A DNA stretch of 64,000 nucleotides from a virus. Taxonomy: Duplodnaviria; Caudoviricetes. This document shows, one piece after another, positions 27,055 through 34,642 of this stretch; within the stretch, counting starts at the first letter, position 1; every line of letters starts with the position of its first letter. The stretch spans positions 96,001 through 160,000 of the IMG/VR virus record IMGVR_UViG_3300032243_000867; one strand, given 5' to 3'. The notes under the pieces were generated by a model, which saw only the letters and a program-made list of their open reading frames with translations, did no database searches and had not been told where the DNA came from. The translations under genes were made by a program, and so were the position numbers.

Positions 27055-27276
27055 TCGTACTCCATCGGTGGCGTCTCGTTGGACATCGAAAAGGCCAGCA
27101 AGTACGAGAGCCTCAAGCAAAACGCTGAGTCCCAGTTCGACAAGGCGGCGGAAGCCAAGGCCCGCACCGTCAAGTTCATCCGGGGCATTCAGCAGCCCAA
27201 GTACGGGGTGGGTATTCGCAGTTCCTTCGGACCAAATGTAGGTAGAGGTGTGCTAAGTCCCCGTAATTTCCTTTGA
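26647..27276 (+). CDS. C-half of fractured gene (136-aa IntC plus 73-aa C-extein)
   Basis: SD aaggaa and ATG 26647. Block B TVDHSLF, block F TYDLSVPGPENFV, block G ILAHN, then SYSIGGVSLD. Confidence 0.9.
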   Translation: MLDEATRAAIREAYRAGKLKVEAVDPATGAASLQTVTAVLRHRTPHKDMVRVTLTDGRWVECTVDHSLFTMAGEGVTPVPAGELHAGAFIATVEGGVAKGVEVASVVSLPPEEHTYDLSVPGPENFVLANGILAHNSYSIGGVSLDIEKASKYESLKQNAESQFDKAAEAKARTVKFIRGIQQPKYGVGIRSSFGPNVGRGVLSPRNFL

Positions 27277-27358
27277 ACCTCGTGTAGGCAGCGGGGTATT
27301 GACTCCTCGAACCGGAGTCCCACCGCCCCCGCCCTCAATAAAAAGTACGGTGCAGGGG

Positions 27359-27386
27359 TTGACTTCCCCAATACGGGGCTTACGAT
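27359..27386 (+). promoter_or_regulatory. Sigma70-like promoter, likely leaderless transcript
   Basis: TTGACT-16 nt-TACGAT with the ATG 7 nt downstream and no SD. Confidence 0.55.
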
Positions 27387-27393
27387 TCGGGTC

Positions 27394-28875
27394 ATGGAAT
27401 ACCGACCTGAAGCCCCGTGTCCCGCCTGTCAACAATCCGTCCCCCTCAAGGGTCTCGCGAAGCACGCCTCGGGGTGCCCAAAATGGGGCACGCTGGGTGT
27501 TCCCGCGTCCCTGTTCAACTGGGACGGGTACTTCAAGCGCGGCCCCTATGCGGACGGGTTGACGGAGGGCACCGACTACGTTCGGTGTCAGGAGTGCCCG
27601 GACGGGGCGCGGGGGGATCGCGGCCTCCGTCTGATGGATCACGTCAAGAAGGTTCACGGCTTGACGAAAGAGACGTACCTAGAGCGGCATCCGGGTGCCC
27701 TTCTCAACGTCCCCGCCACCTTAGAGCGCCGCAAGGCTACGGTGTCGGAGCGGTACGACGGGGCGACCAATGTGTTCCAAGTGCCCGACGTGAAGGATCG
27801 CATTCGGGACGTGATGGCCGAGAAGTACGGTGGGACCGGGGTTGGGTCTCCCGAGCTACGGGCGAAGATTGAGCAGACCAACGAGGCGCGGTACGGGAGT
27901 GCCAACCCGTTCGGGTCCGACGAGGTGCAGGAGAAGATTCGGGCGACGTGGCGGGAGAAGTACCAGTGCGACAACCCTAACCAGTCTCCTGAGATCATGG
28001 CGAAGCGTATTGCGACGAACCGCAAGACGCACGGTGCGGATCACTACGTCGAGACCGACGATTTCAAGGGGAAGTTCAAGGCGGCGAGCCAAGAGCGGTT
28101 CAAGGCGGACCATCCGATGCAATCGGAAGAGGGTAAGCAGCTTTGTTTTGATGGGGTACAAGCAAACCACGGGGTTGATACCGTATTCAGTTTGCCTGAA
28201 GTCCAGAAGCGGGCCTACGAGTCCAACCTTGCAAACCACGGCGGGAAGCACTCGCAGCAGTGCCCCGAGGTGCTGGAGAAGGCGCGGGAGACGTGGCGGG
28301 AGAAGTACAACACGGACAACCCGTCGAGGGTCGAGGCCGTCAAGCAGAAGATCAAGGACGTGTGGGAGGGGAAGTACGGGGTTCCGTTTCCGCCGCAGAG
28401 CTTGTGGCTGAACCAGACGCACTCGTCTCCCAACGGGCTGGAGCGGAAGGTTCAAGCGATGCTCCCCGTGTACGTCCTCTACACGGGGGACAAGACGTAC
28501 AACGTGAGGTTGCCCGGTACTTCACGGGACAAGTACCCCGACTTCGTGGTGCTGGCCCCGGATCAGTTGCTGGCCTACCAATCTGGGACGCCCTTGAAGT
28601 CCCTTCGGATCGAGGCTGTCTGCGAGGCGTTTGGTTCGTACTGGCACGGCCCGGAAATGACGGGGGTGTCCCGCGACGACCACTACAACGAGGTCATGGA
28701 CTACTATGCCCGGTGCGGACTTCGGTGCTTGATCTTGTGGGAGCACGACGTAGACGGGCAACCGGGCGAGGTGGCCGATCAGCTTCGGCGGTTCCTGTCC
28801 GACGTGGCGGGGGACGTAACACCTTCTGGCGGCGGGGGTGACCCGTCTGTTCTGGATTTTTTTCGAGGGGCTTGA
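27394..28875 (+). CDS. Free-standing endonuclease: Zn fingers, EKYG-type repeats, Vsr-like nuclease
   Basis: DYVRCQEC...HVKKVHG; repeated (K/R)I..T..E(K/R)YG..N; C-terminal YPDF...EAFGSYWHG...LILWEHD. Confidence 0.8.
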   Translation: MEYRPEAPCPACQQSVPLKGLAKHASGCPKWGTLGVPASLFNWDGYFKRGPYADGLTEGTDYVRCQECPDGARGDRGLRLMDHVKKVHGLTKETYLERHPGALLNVPATLERRKATVSERYDGATNVFQVPDVKDRIRDVMAEKYGGTGVGSPELRAKIEQTNEARYGSANPFGSDEVQEKIRATWREKYQCDNPNQSPEIMAKRIATNRKTHGADHYVETDDFKGKFKAASQERFKADHPMQSEEGKQLCFDGVQANHGVDTVFSLPEVQKRAYESNLANHGGKHSQQCPEVLEKARETWREKYNTDNPSRVEAVKQKIKDVWEGKYGVPFPPQSLWLNQTHSSPNGLERKVQAMLPVYVLYTGDKTYNVRLPGTSRDKYPDFVVLAPDQLLAYQSGTPLKSLRIEAVCEAFGSYWHGPEMTGVSRDDHYNEVMDYYARCGLRCLILWEHDVDGQPGEVADQLRRFLSDVAGDVTPSGGGGDPSVLDFFRGA

Positions 28876-28878
28876 GAC

Positions 28879-29451
28879 ATGAGTTCATTCATCCGTCCGT
28901 CACCGATTCGCGCGGTTCACTTCGCCAAGCAGAACGTCACGGAGACACTTCGGGAGGAGTGGGACGAGGGGGGGGTGATGTACCAAGGGCAGATCCCATC
29001 CGGCGTCAAGGTGGGCGACCCGTTGGTGGTGCGGCCCAGTGAAAGGGTGACTTGGTGGTTGGTGATCGAGGGCAGCGAGAGCGATCTTCGGGCTCGTCGG
29101 TGTCGCGCCCGGATCACCTTGATCCGTGACCGGGACGAGGTGGAGTACCTTCAAGGGGTGGTTGAGACGGCCCTGTTGCGGTTTGTTGCCCACGAGTTCC
29201 CGTCGTACCGGGTGACGGTCGAACGGGACCGGGCTCCGCAGCGCGGAGTCACCTTGTTCGCGGTAGGCCCGGAGAAGCCCCTGCACTACGGGTCTGGGGG
29301 GAAGCTATCAAAGGGGTGGACGAACCTCGTTCTCGGGGACATCCCGCACGAGAGGGACGCGAAGCACCCGTACGTCAGTTCGGTCAAGGTGGCCGACGCG
29401 GGCACGGAGGGCGAGCTTCTCAAGTACCGGATTCGTGCCGAGATCATCTAG
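28879..29451 (+). CDS. Hypothetical protein
   Basis: 190-aa ORF filling the space between genes. No motif recognised. Confidence 0.5.
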   Translation: MSSFIRPSPIRAVHFAKQNVTETLREEWDEGGVMYQGQIPSGVKVGDPLVVRPSERVTWWLVIEGSESDLRARRCRARITLIRDRDEVEYLQGVVETALLRFVAHEFPSYRVTVERDRAPQRGVTLFAVGPEKPLHYGSGGKLSKGWTNLVLGDIPHERDAKHPYVSSVKVADAGTEGELLKYRIRAEII

Positions 29452-29472
29452 TAGAGCGTGCCTCGTCCTGCG

Positions 29473-29536
29473 AGGTGAAGACCGACCCCGAGGGTGTGGG
29501 CGATGGTCCAACCCTGTACGCCCACGGGCGTAACGT
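29473..29536 (+). promoter_or_regulatory. Duplicated upstream element, copy 1 (22-nt box plus GGGCGTAACGT)
   Basis: aggtgaagaccgaccccgaggg-31 nt-gggcgtaacgt-6 nt-ATG. Confidence 0.7.
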
Positions 29537-29542
29537 CTACCG

Positions 29543-30070
29543 ATGCCCACAAGGTTCCCAACTGGTGTCACGGTGTCCGAGGCGTGGTGGGGCACCCTCC
29601 CCGACTCATCTCGAAAGAACTGGCGGAGGGTGTTTCGGGCGTATGCTCGGTACGGGGTCAAGGTCATTGCGGACCCCTCCCACCGTGTTAATTTTCAGGG
29701 TTACGTCTACTCAGAGGGTGAGGCATCGCTCTTCACCGATGTGAAGGGCAACGACCCCGCTATCGCCCTCCACGATTTAGCACACTGGCGGGTGGCCCCC
29801 GTTGAGCGTAGGAACCTCCCCAACTGGGGTCTGGGGGATTTCCCCGACTACGACGACAAAGCCCCCCGCACGGTGGACTATGAAGTCGCCTTAGAGGAGG
29901 AGTCTCTCGCATCCACATTGGGTGGTTTCATGGCGGGGGAGATCCTCGGTCTGGAATACCGGCGCTATGTGATGCGCGCCCTTGATGGGGGTGACACGGA
30001 GAGCATCCACATCTTGACTCAGCGGGGTCTGCTTGTGAAGCGGCCACGGAGTTACCGGGTGGTGTGGTAG
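29543..30070 (+). CDS. EpmC/YfcM-like HxxxH metalloprotein
   Basis: ALHDLAHWRVAPVERRNLPNWGLG resembles the EpmC signature ALHExxHW..A...RR.L.D(F/Y)G. Confidence 0.5.
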   Translation: MPTRFPTGVTVSEAWWGTLPDSSRKNWRRVFRAYARYGVKVIADPSHRVNFQGYVYSEGEASLFTDVKGNDPAIALHDLAHWRVAPVERRNLPNWGLGDFPDYDDKAPRTVDYEVALEEESLASTLGGFMAGEILGLEYRRYVMRALDGGDTESIHILTQRGLLVKRPRSYRVVW

Positions 30071-30111
30071 AGGGTCACGTCGGGTTGTGGGTCCCTCCGG
30101 GTGCGGGCTGT

Positions 30112-30176
30112 AGGTGAAGACCGACCCCGAGGGCGTGCGGTCTCGTCTCGCGGCGCACCTCGCTGGGGCGTAACGT
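30112..30176 (+). promoter_or_regulatory. Duplicated upstream element, copy 2
   Basis: aggtgaagaccgaccccgaggg-32 nt-gggcgtaacgt-6 nt-GTG. Confidence 0.7.
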
Positions 30177-30182
30177 GCCCCG

Positions 30183-30533
30183 GTGAACCTCCTTCACGTC
30201 GCCGCGCGCATCGCCACGGACCTTCGCGGGAAGCAGCGGCAGGGGTACTACCTCGCCGCCGTGGGGGTGCGTCGGGACGGTGCCCTCGTGCGCGCCACCA
30301 ACAAGGCCAAGCTGGCGAACGGGTACCTCCCGGTGCCGTCTACTCACGCGGAGGCGCGACTGTGCCGCAAGCTCGACGCGAGTGCGGAGGTGTACGTCGC
30401 GCGAGTTCTGTGGAACGGGCAGTGGGCGATGTCTCGCCCGTGTGAGCGATGCCGTCTGGCGCTGGGGGCTCGCCGGGTGCGGCGGGTCTACTACACCATC
30501 GGCCCCGGCGAGTACGGGGTGATGGACTTTTAG
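30183..30533 (+). CDS. Zn-dependent deaminase (cytidine deaminase superfamily)
   Basis: HAE and SRPCERC motifs. Confidence 0.85.
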   Translation: MNLLHVAARIATDLRGKQRQGYYLAAVGVRRDGALVRATNKAKLANGYLPVPSTHAEARLCRKLDASAEVYVARVLWNGQWAMSRPCERCRLALGARRVRRVYYTIGPGEYGVMDF

Positions 30534-30739
30534 ATTCGGTCACCGTTCCCGTTGACGTGGAACGTCTCGGTGATCGTGACGGTGAATCCGTTAGGTCGGC
30601 GGTGGATGCGGACGGCCTTACCGGGGCACCGGGCTTTCCACGTCTCGGACATCTTGTCGATGTCGCTCTGTATGTAGTGTTGGGGGGACAGAGATAGGTC
30701 GGGACGGAGGGCGTCCGCGGGGACGGTGGTGATCTTCAT
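30530..30739 (-). CDS. Small hypothetical protein
   Basis: MKITTVPADALRPDLSLSP..., preceded on the minus strand by GGGCGTAAC-7 nt-ATG. Confidence 0.5.
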   Translation of the reverse strand: MKITTVPADALRPDLSLSPQHYIQSDIDKMSETWKARCPGKAVRIHRRPNGFTVTITETFHVNGNGDRI

Positions 30740-30847
30740 GCGGGGTGTTACGCCCGCACTGTGGGGGAGAACCTCTAGCGGGGCGTAAGGTGGACCGCCC
30801 GATGTTGGTAGAGTGCCTTTACTGGTACTCTGCCGAAGGAGTCTCTC

Positions 30848-32044
30848 ATGAATCAGCCGCACCCCCTCGCGAAGCTCAACAACAAGAACGGTCTCGGATG
30901 GTGGGATTGGGTCCGCCCCGAGGACGGCGTTCGTCAGATCGTCCTCACGGGAGAGGGTTGTCTGTCCGACGCCCATACCGAATCCCTCGCCGGGGAGTTC
31001 CTTACGGACTCTCACTACGAGGTGCTTCTACGCCCCGAGGACGGAGACGTGGACGTGTACAAGCCCCGGGTTGTCGGGGCGTTGGATATGCTCATGGGCG
31101 AGGGGGAGAGCGCGGGAGAGCTTTCCGAGTCTCGTCTCCTCCTTTCTATCCGTCGCAAGAGGTTCCCGGCGGGTCTGTGCTCCGTTGCCCGTGATTCTCT
31201 TCGCGCCGCAGCCTTTCCGTCGCGCAACCGAGGTGCGGCAGCGGGGAAGGCAGACCCGGAGAAGATGAAGCGTGATTCGTCGTTGGTTCTCTCCCGGGGG
31301 AACACGGCGAAATACTACACCAAGGACGGATTGCTCTCGAACACCACCGAGAGCAACTGGGTGAATTCTGGGATCGTAGGGTACTTCAACGCCACGTCCC
31401 GGAACCCCTACTGCCGTCAGACCGCGTACACCCGCGACAACGCGGACAAGTTCGCGGCGGCGATGCCCTTCCTCGAAGAAGTCAACCGGGCGTTTCGAGA
31501 CGTGTCCCCGGCGCGGTGGGGGGCTCAGAACCGTTACGTCTCGGAGGAGACGGACCTCCGCGAGAAGGGCTGGCTTCTCGGGGACACGGTGTTCTCGACG
31601 GTCACCGTCAACAAGAACTACCGCACGGGTTGCCACCAAGACGCCGGGGACTACCACCCCGGGTTCGGCAACCTCACCGTTTTCGAGGGTTCCGCCCACC
31701 GCTACGCGGGCGGGTACACGGTGTTCCCGAAGTTCCGCTGCGCCGTGGATCTCCGCGAGGGGGACTTCATCGGGATGGACGTTCACGAGTGGCACGGGAA
31801 CACGGAGATGACGGCGGCGGTCCCGGGAGAGGATGACTGGGAGCGGGTTTCCCTCGTCTGCTACGTTCGGGTGGACATGACCCGGTGCGGCACCCGCTCT
31901 GAAGAAGAGCGGAAGCGAGAGGAGTGGACCAAGACCTGGAGGAACCCGGTCGAGCAGCACGCCTTCCGTCTCGAAGAGGATCGACATCAGCAAGAGGGTC
32001 TCGCCAACGCCATGGGCGTATTGTTCTCTTCGGAGGAAGAATGA
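30848..32044 (+). CDS. TET/JBP-family 2OG-Fe(II) dioxygenase
   Basis: SRNRGAAAG, SGIVGYF...PYCRQTAY, FSTVTVNKNYRTGCHQDAGD (HxD), HEWHGNT (distal H) and RVSLVCY (RxS). Confidence 0.9.
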   Translation: MNQPHPLAKLNNKNGLGWWDWVRPEDGVRQIVLTGEGCLSDAHTESLAGEFLTDSHYEVLLRPEDGDVDVYKPRVVGALDMLMGEGESAGELSESRLLLSIRRKRFPAGLCSVARDSLRAAAFPSRNRGAAAGKADPEKMKRDSSLVLSRGNTAKYYTKDGLLSNTTESNWVNSGIVGYFNATSRNPYCRQTAYTRDNADKFAAAMPFLEEVNRAFRDVSPARWGAQNRYVSEETDLREKGWLLGDTVFSTVTVNKNYRTGCHQDAGDYHPGFGNLTVFEGSAHRYAGGYTVFPKFRCAVDLREGDFIGMDVHEWHGNTEMTAAVPGEDDWERVSLVCYVRVDMTRCGTRSEEERKREEWTKTWRNPVEQHAFRLEEDRHQQEGLANAMGVLFSSEEE

Positions 32045-32625
32045 GTACAGAAGGTCCGAAGGTTCTCTGGGTGCTCGGTGAGCCTGGGGTGGGGAAGACA
32101 ACTCTGGTCCGTGAGCTCACGAAGGGAACTCTGTTTTCATTCGTCGAGAACCCGAAGTGGACCTTTGCCGGGGAAGGGTTCGCTCTCGCTGGTCACTACA
32201 AGGGCGGGACGTTCGACGGCGCGGACACGGTTCCCTACAACGGGGCTGACGCCGCACTGATCTACTGGGAGCAGAACCTTCGGGGCAAGTACCCGGTGAC
32301 GATTCTGGACGGTGACCGTTTCTCTCACGACGGTGCTCGGCGGTTTTTTTCGCCCCTCGCGTCTACGTTCGCGGTTCTACTGACGGCCCCTTCGGAAGTC
32401 GTCTCCGCCCGCAGACAGGAGCGCGGGTCGAATCAATCTGCTTCCTGGGTGGCGGGGCGGAAAACGAAGTCCGCCCGTTTCTTCGAGGGTTTCGATAACT
32501 CCCACGCCCTTCAAATCGACGCCTCGCTCCCGGTTGAACAGATTGTGGAACGGGTGAGGGACCTGTTGCAGAACGGCTCTGGGCGGGACAACTCCGACGG
32601 TCTTCTCTCTTGGTTGGGATCGTGA
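32041..32625 (+). CDS. P-loop kinase, 5-hydroxymethylpyrimidine DNA kinase-like
   Basis: Walker A GEPGVGKT, GHYKGGTFDGADT and ILDGDRF. ATGA-coupled to the TET stop. Confidence 0.75.
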   Translation: MSTEGPKVLWVLGEPGVGKTTLVRELTKGTLFSFVENPKWTFAGEGFALAGHYKGGTFDGADTVPYNGADAALIYWEQNLRGKYPVTILDGDRFSHDGARRFFSPLASTFAVLLTAPSEVVSARRQERGSNQSASWVAGRKTKSARFFEGFDNSHALQIDASLPVEQIVERVRDLLQNGSGRDNSDGLLSWLGS

Positions 32626-33572
32626 GCGATCTTCTCTCTTGGTTCGGTGAAGCCTCTGCGCCAGCCCCTTCCGAGACCGCCCCTTACTACGAACGCCCCT
32701 TGTTCGATTCGTTCGTGAAGTTCGCGAAGGCCCATATCGAGAGCGGCGACATCGACCCGGCTTACCCGGTCTTGAAGGAGGTCTACCGGATGCGGGGATA
32801 CTCCCGCGAGACTGCCCTCTGGCACACTCTTCTGTACGTCACTTGGTACAACGTCGGGTCCGCCGAGGAAGCGTTCGCCCGATACCCCAATGCCCCGTCA
32901 AGGCTCGAAGAGCCTCTGACCCTTCCGACGGGCACGGAGCGCCGTTCGTTTCGCGGTAACGATCTGGCCCGCACTCACCTCAACGCTCTTCTGGAGAGGG
33001 CTCGCCCCCACGGATCCCTTTCACGTTGGGCGGAAGCCGCAACGGAGAAGGGCGGGGAAGCGGGCTGGGACGGGATACGGACGGAGTTCCAGAGCGTGAA
33101 ATACGCGGGTCCTTGGAGCAGCTACAAGCTCGCTGACCTCCTCGCCCACGTTCACGACTTCCCCATCACAGCTTCGGACCTCGGTATCGGGGGGGCGAGT
33201 GAGACAGCGGGTCCGATTCCCGGTATGGTCAAGCTCACCGGGTACGACTGGAAGAAGTGCGCGACGGACCTCGGACTCCAGCGGGAGCTTTTGGCCCGCA
33301 GCCGCGACCGGGGCGTACCCTTCTCTGGCCTCGACCAACTAGAAACCTCCCTGTGCGACTTCAACTCTCTCTGCAAGGGTAGGTACTACGTCGGGCACGA
33401 CCTCGACCAGCAAATGGAGCACCTCCGTAGCGCGAGCGCCGCCGAGGACTTCTGGACCGCCCGCAGAAAGACGTTCCCGGTTCGTTATCTCGGAGAGGTG
33501 AACGGGTGGTTCGGCGTAAGAAAATCCCTCAAGGACAAGTTTCATTTCAACGGCGATCTGGTGCAGATCTAG
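32622..33572 (+). CDS. Amino acid:DNA transferase (AADT / aGPT-Pplase2 family)
   Basis: GDIDPAY, ERRSFR, GPWSSYKLADLL and ETSLCDF...GRYYVGHDLD. GTGA-coupled to the kinase stop. Confidence 0.8.
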   Translation: MSDLLSWFGEASAPAPSETAPYYERPLFDSFVKFAKAHIESGDIDPAYPVLKEVYRMRGYSRETALWHTLLYVTWYNVGSAEEAFARYPNAPSRLEEPLTLPTGTERRSFRGNDLARTHLNALLERARPHGSLSRWAEAATEKGGEAGWDGIRTEFQSVKYAGPWSSYKLADLLAHVHDFPITASDLGIGGASETAGPIPGMVKLTGYDWKKCATDLGLQRELLARSRDRGVPFSGLDQLETSLCDFNSLCKGRYYVGHDLDQQMEHLRSASAAEDFWTARRKTFPVRYLGEVNGWFGVRKSLKDKFHFNGDLVQI

Positions 33573-33584
33573 GGGCGAATGGAA

Positions 33585-33796
33585 ATGAGACGCGCCTCAA
33601 ATAGGTTGAGGACAGGGAAGATTCTCTGCTGTCACGTCACAGATGCCAATCTCAACTATTCCGGTAGCGCGACAACGGATCCGGCGCTTCTGGAAGCGGC
33701 GGGGCTCTCCGAGAGGTCGAGATCTGGAATGTGACCGACGGAGAGAGGTTCTCCGCCTACCTTCCCAATTCATCGAAGTCCCGCAAGGAAATCTGT
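33585..33796 (+). pseudogene. panD: Frameshifted, truncated aspartate 1-decarboxylase relic
   Basis: First frame reads GKILCCHVTDANLNYSGSATTDPALLEAAGL. After a shift at ~33713 it reads EVEIWNVTDGERFSAY...KEIC, then runs into the PLP gene start. Confidence 0.75.
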
Positions 33797-34610
33797 GAGT
33801 CTTCTCATCGAAGGAACACCCGTCGAACGGGTAACTGATCGCGTCTCCGTGAAGCGGGAGGATATGTGCTCCCCCTTCCCTGGACCCTCTTTCAGTAAGA
33901 TCCGGGGCGTGCTGAAGCACATCGAGAAGCGCCCGGAAACCGAAATCGGGGTTCTGGACACCTACCACTCCAAAGCGGGTTGGGCCGTGTCCTACGTCTC
34001 CCACCACCTGGGTAAGAAGGCTCTGGACTTTTACCCCCGATACAAAGGGGACGGACCCGAGGTGCGGGATCAGCAGAAGATGGCGCGGGAGTATGGCGCG
34101 GAGCTTTTCGAGCTTCCGGCGGGACGTAGCGCGATTCTCTATCACCAAGCGCGTAAGGAGTGCGTACGGCGCGAAGCGTACCTCATGCCCAACGCCCTGA
34201 AGCTGCCGGAAACCGTGGGGGAGTGTGCCGAGGAGGTTCTCCGTACCCCAGACCTTCACAAGTACGCGAATCTAGTGATCAGCGTCTCGTCGGGGACGAT
34301 AGCGTCAGGGGTGCTTCTTGGTTTCGCGAAAGCCAAGATTTACCCGACTGTCTGGCTCCACGCCGGGTACTCGCGTTCCGAATCCGAGCTCCGCCGATAC
34401 ATCACGGCGAAGGTTCCGAAGTTGTCTTTCTGGCCTTCAGAAGTGAACCTCATCGACGAGGGCTACGGATACAAGGACGCCGCGAAGATCGACGACCCGC
34501 CCCCCTTCCCCTGCAACCCCTACTACGACCTGAAGGCGTGGAAGTGGCTGAAGAGCGGGGCGGAAGATCGAATGACGGGCGAAATTTTGTTCTGGAACGT
34601 CGGGGCGTAA
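33795..34610 (+). CDS. PLP-dependent enzyme (fold type II), putative modified-base decarboxylase
   Basis: VKREDM...SKIRG (Schiff-base Lys), SVSSGTIASG and FPCNPYYDLKAW...FWNVG. Confidence 0.8.
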   Translation: MSLLIEGTPVERVTDRVSVKREDMCSPFPGPSFSKIRGVLKHIEKRPETEIGVLDTYHSKAGWAVSYVSHHLGKKALDFYPRYKGDGPEVRDQQKMAREYGAELFELPAGRSAILYHQARKECVRREAYLMPNALKLPETVGECAEEVLRTPDLHKYANLVISVSSGTIASGVLLGFAKAKIYPTVWLHAGYSRSESELRRYITAKVPKLSFWPSEVNLIDEGYGYKDAAKIDDPPPFPCNPYYDLKAWKWLKSGAEDRMTGEILFWNVGA

Positions 34611-34642
34611 GTCCCCAAAACTCTGAAACTGAAAGGCACGCG

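Noticed and set aside
34160-34642. N-terminal extension of the radical SAM ORF in the ORF track
   Set aside because: It overlaps the PLP gene and has no plausible sequence. An SD and ATG at 34643 give the better start.
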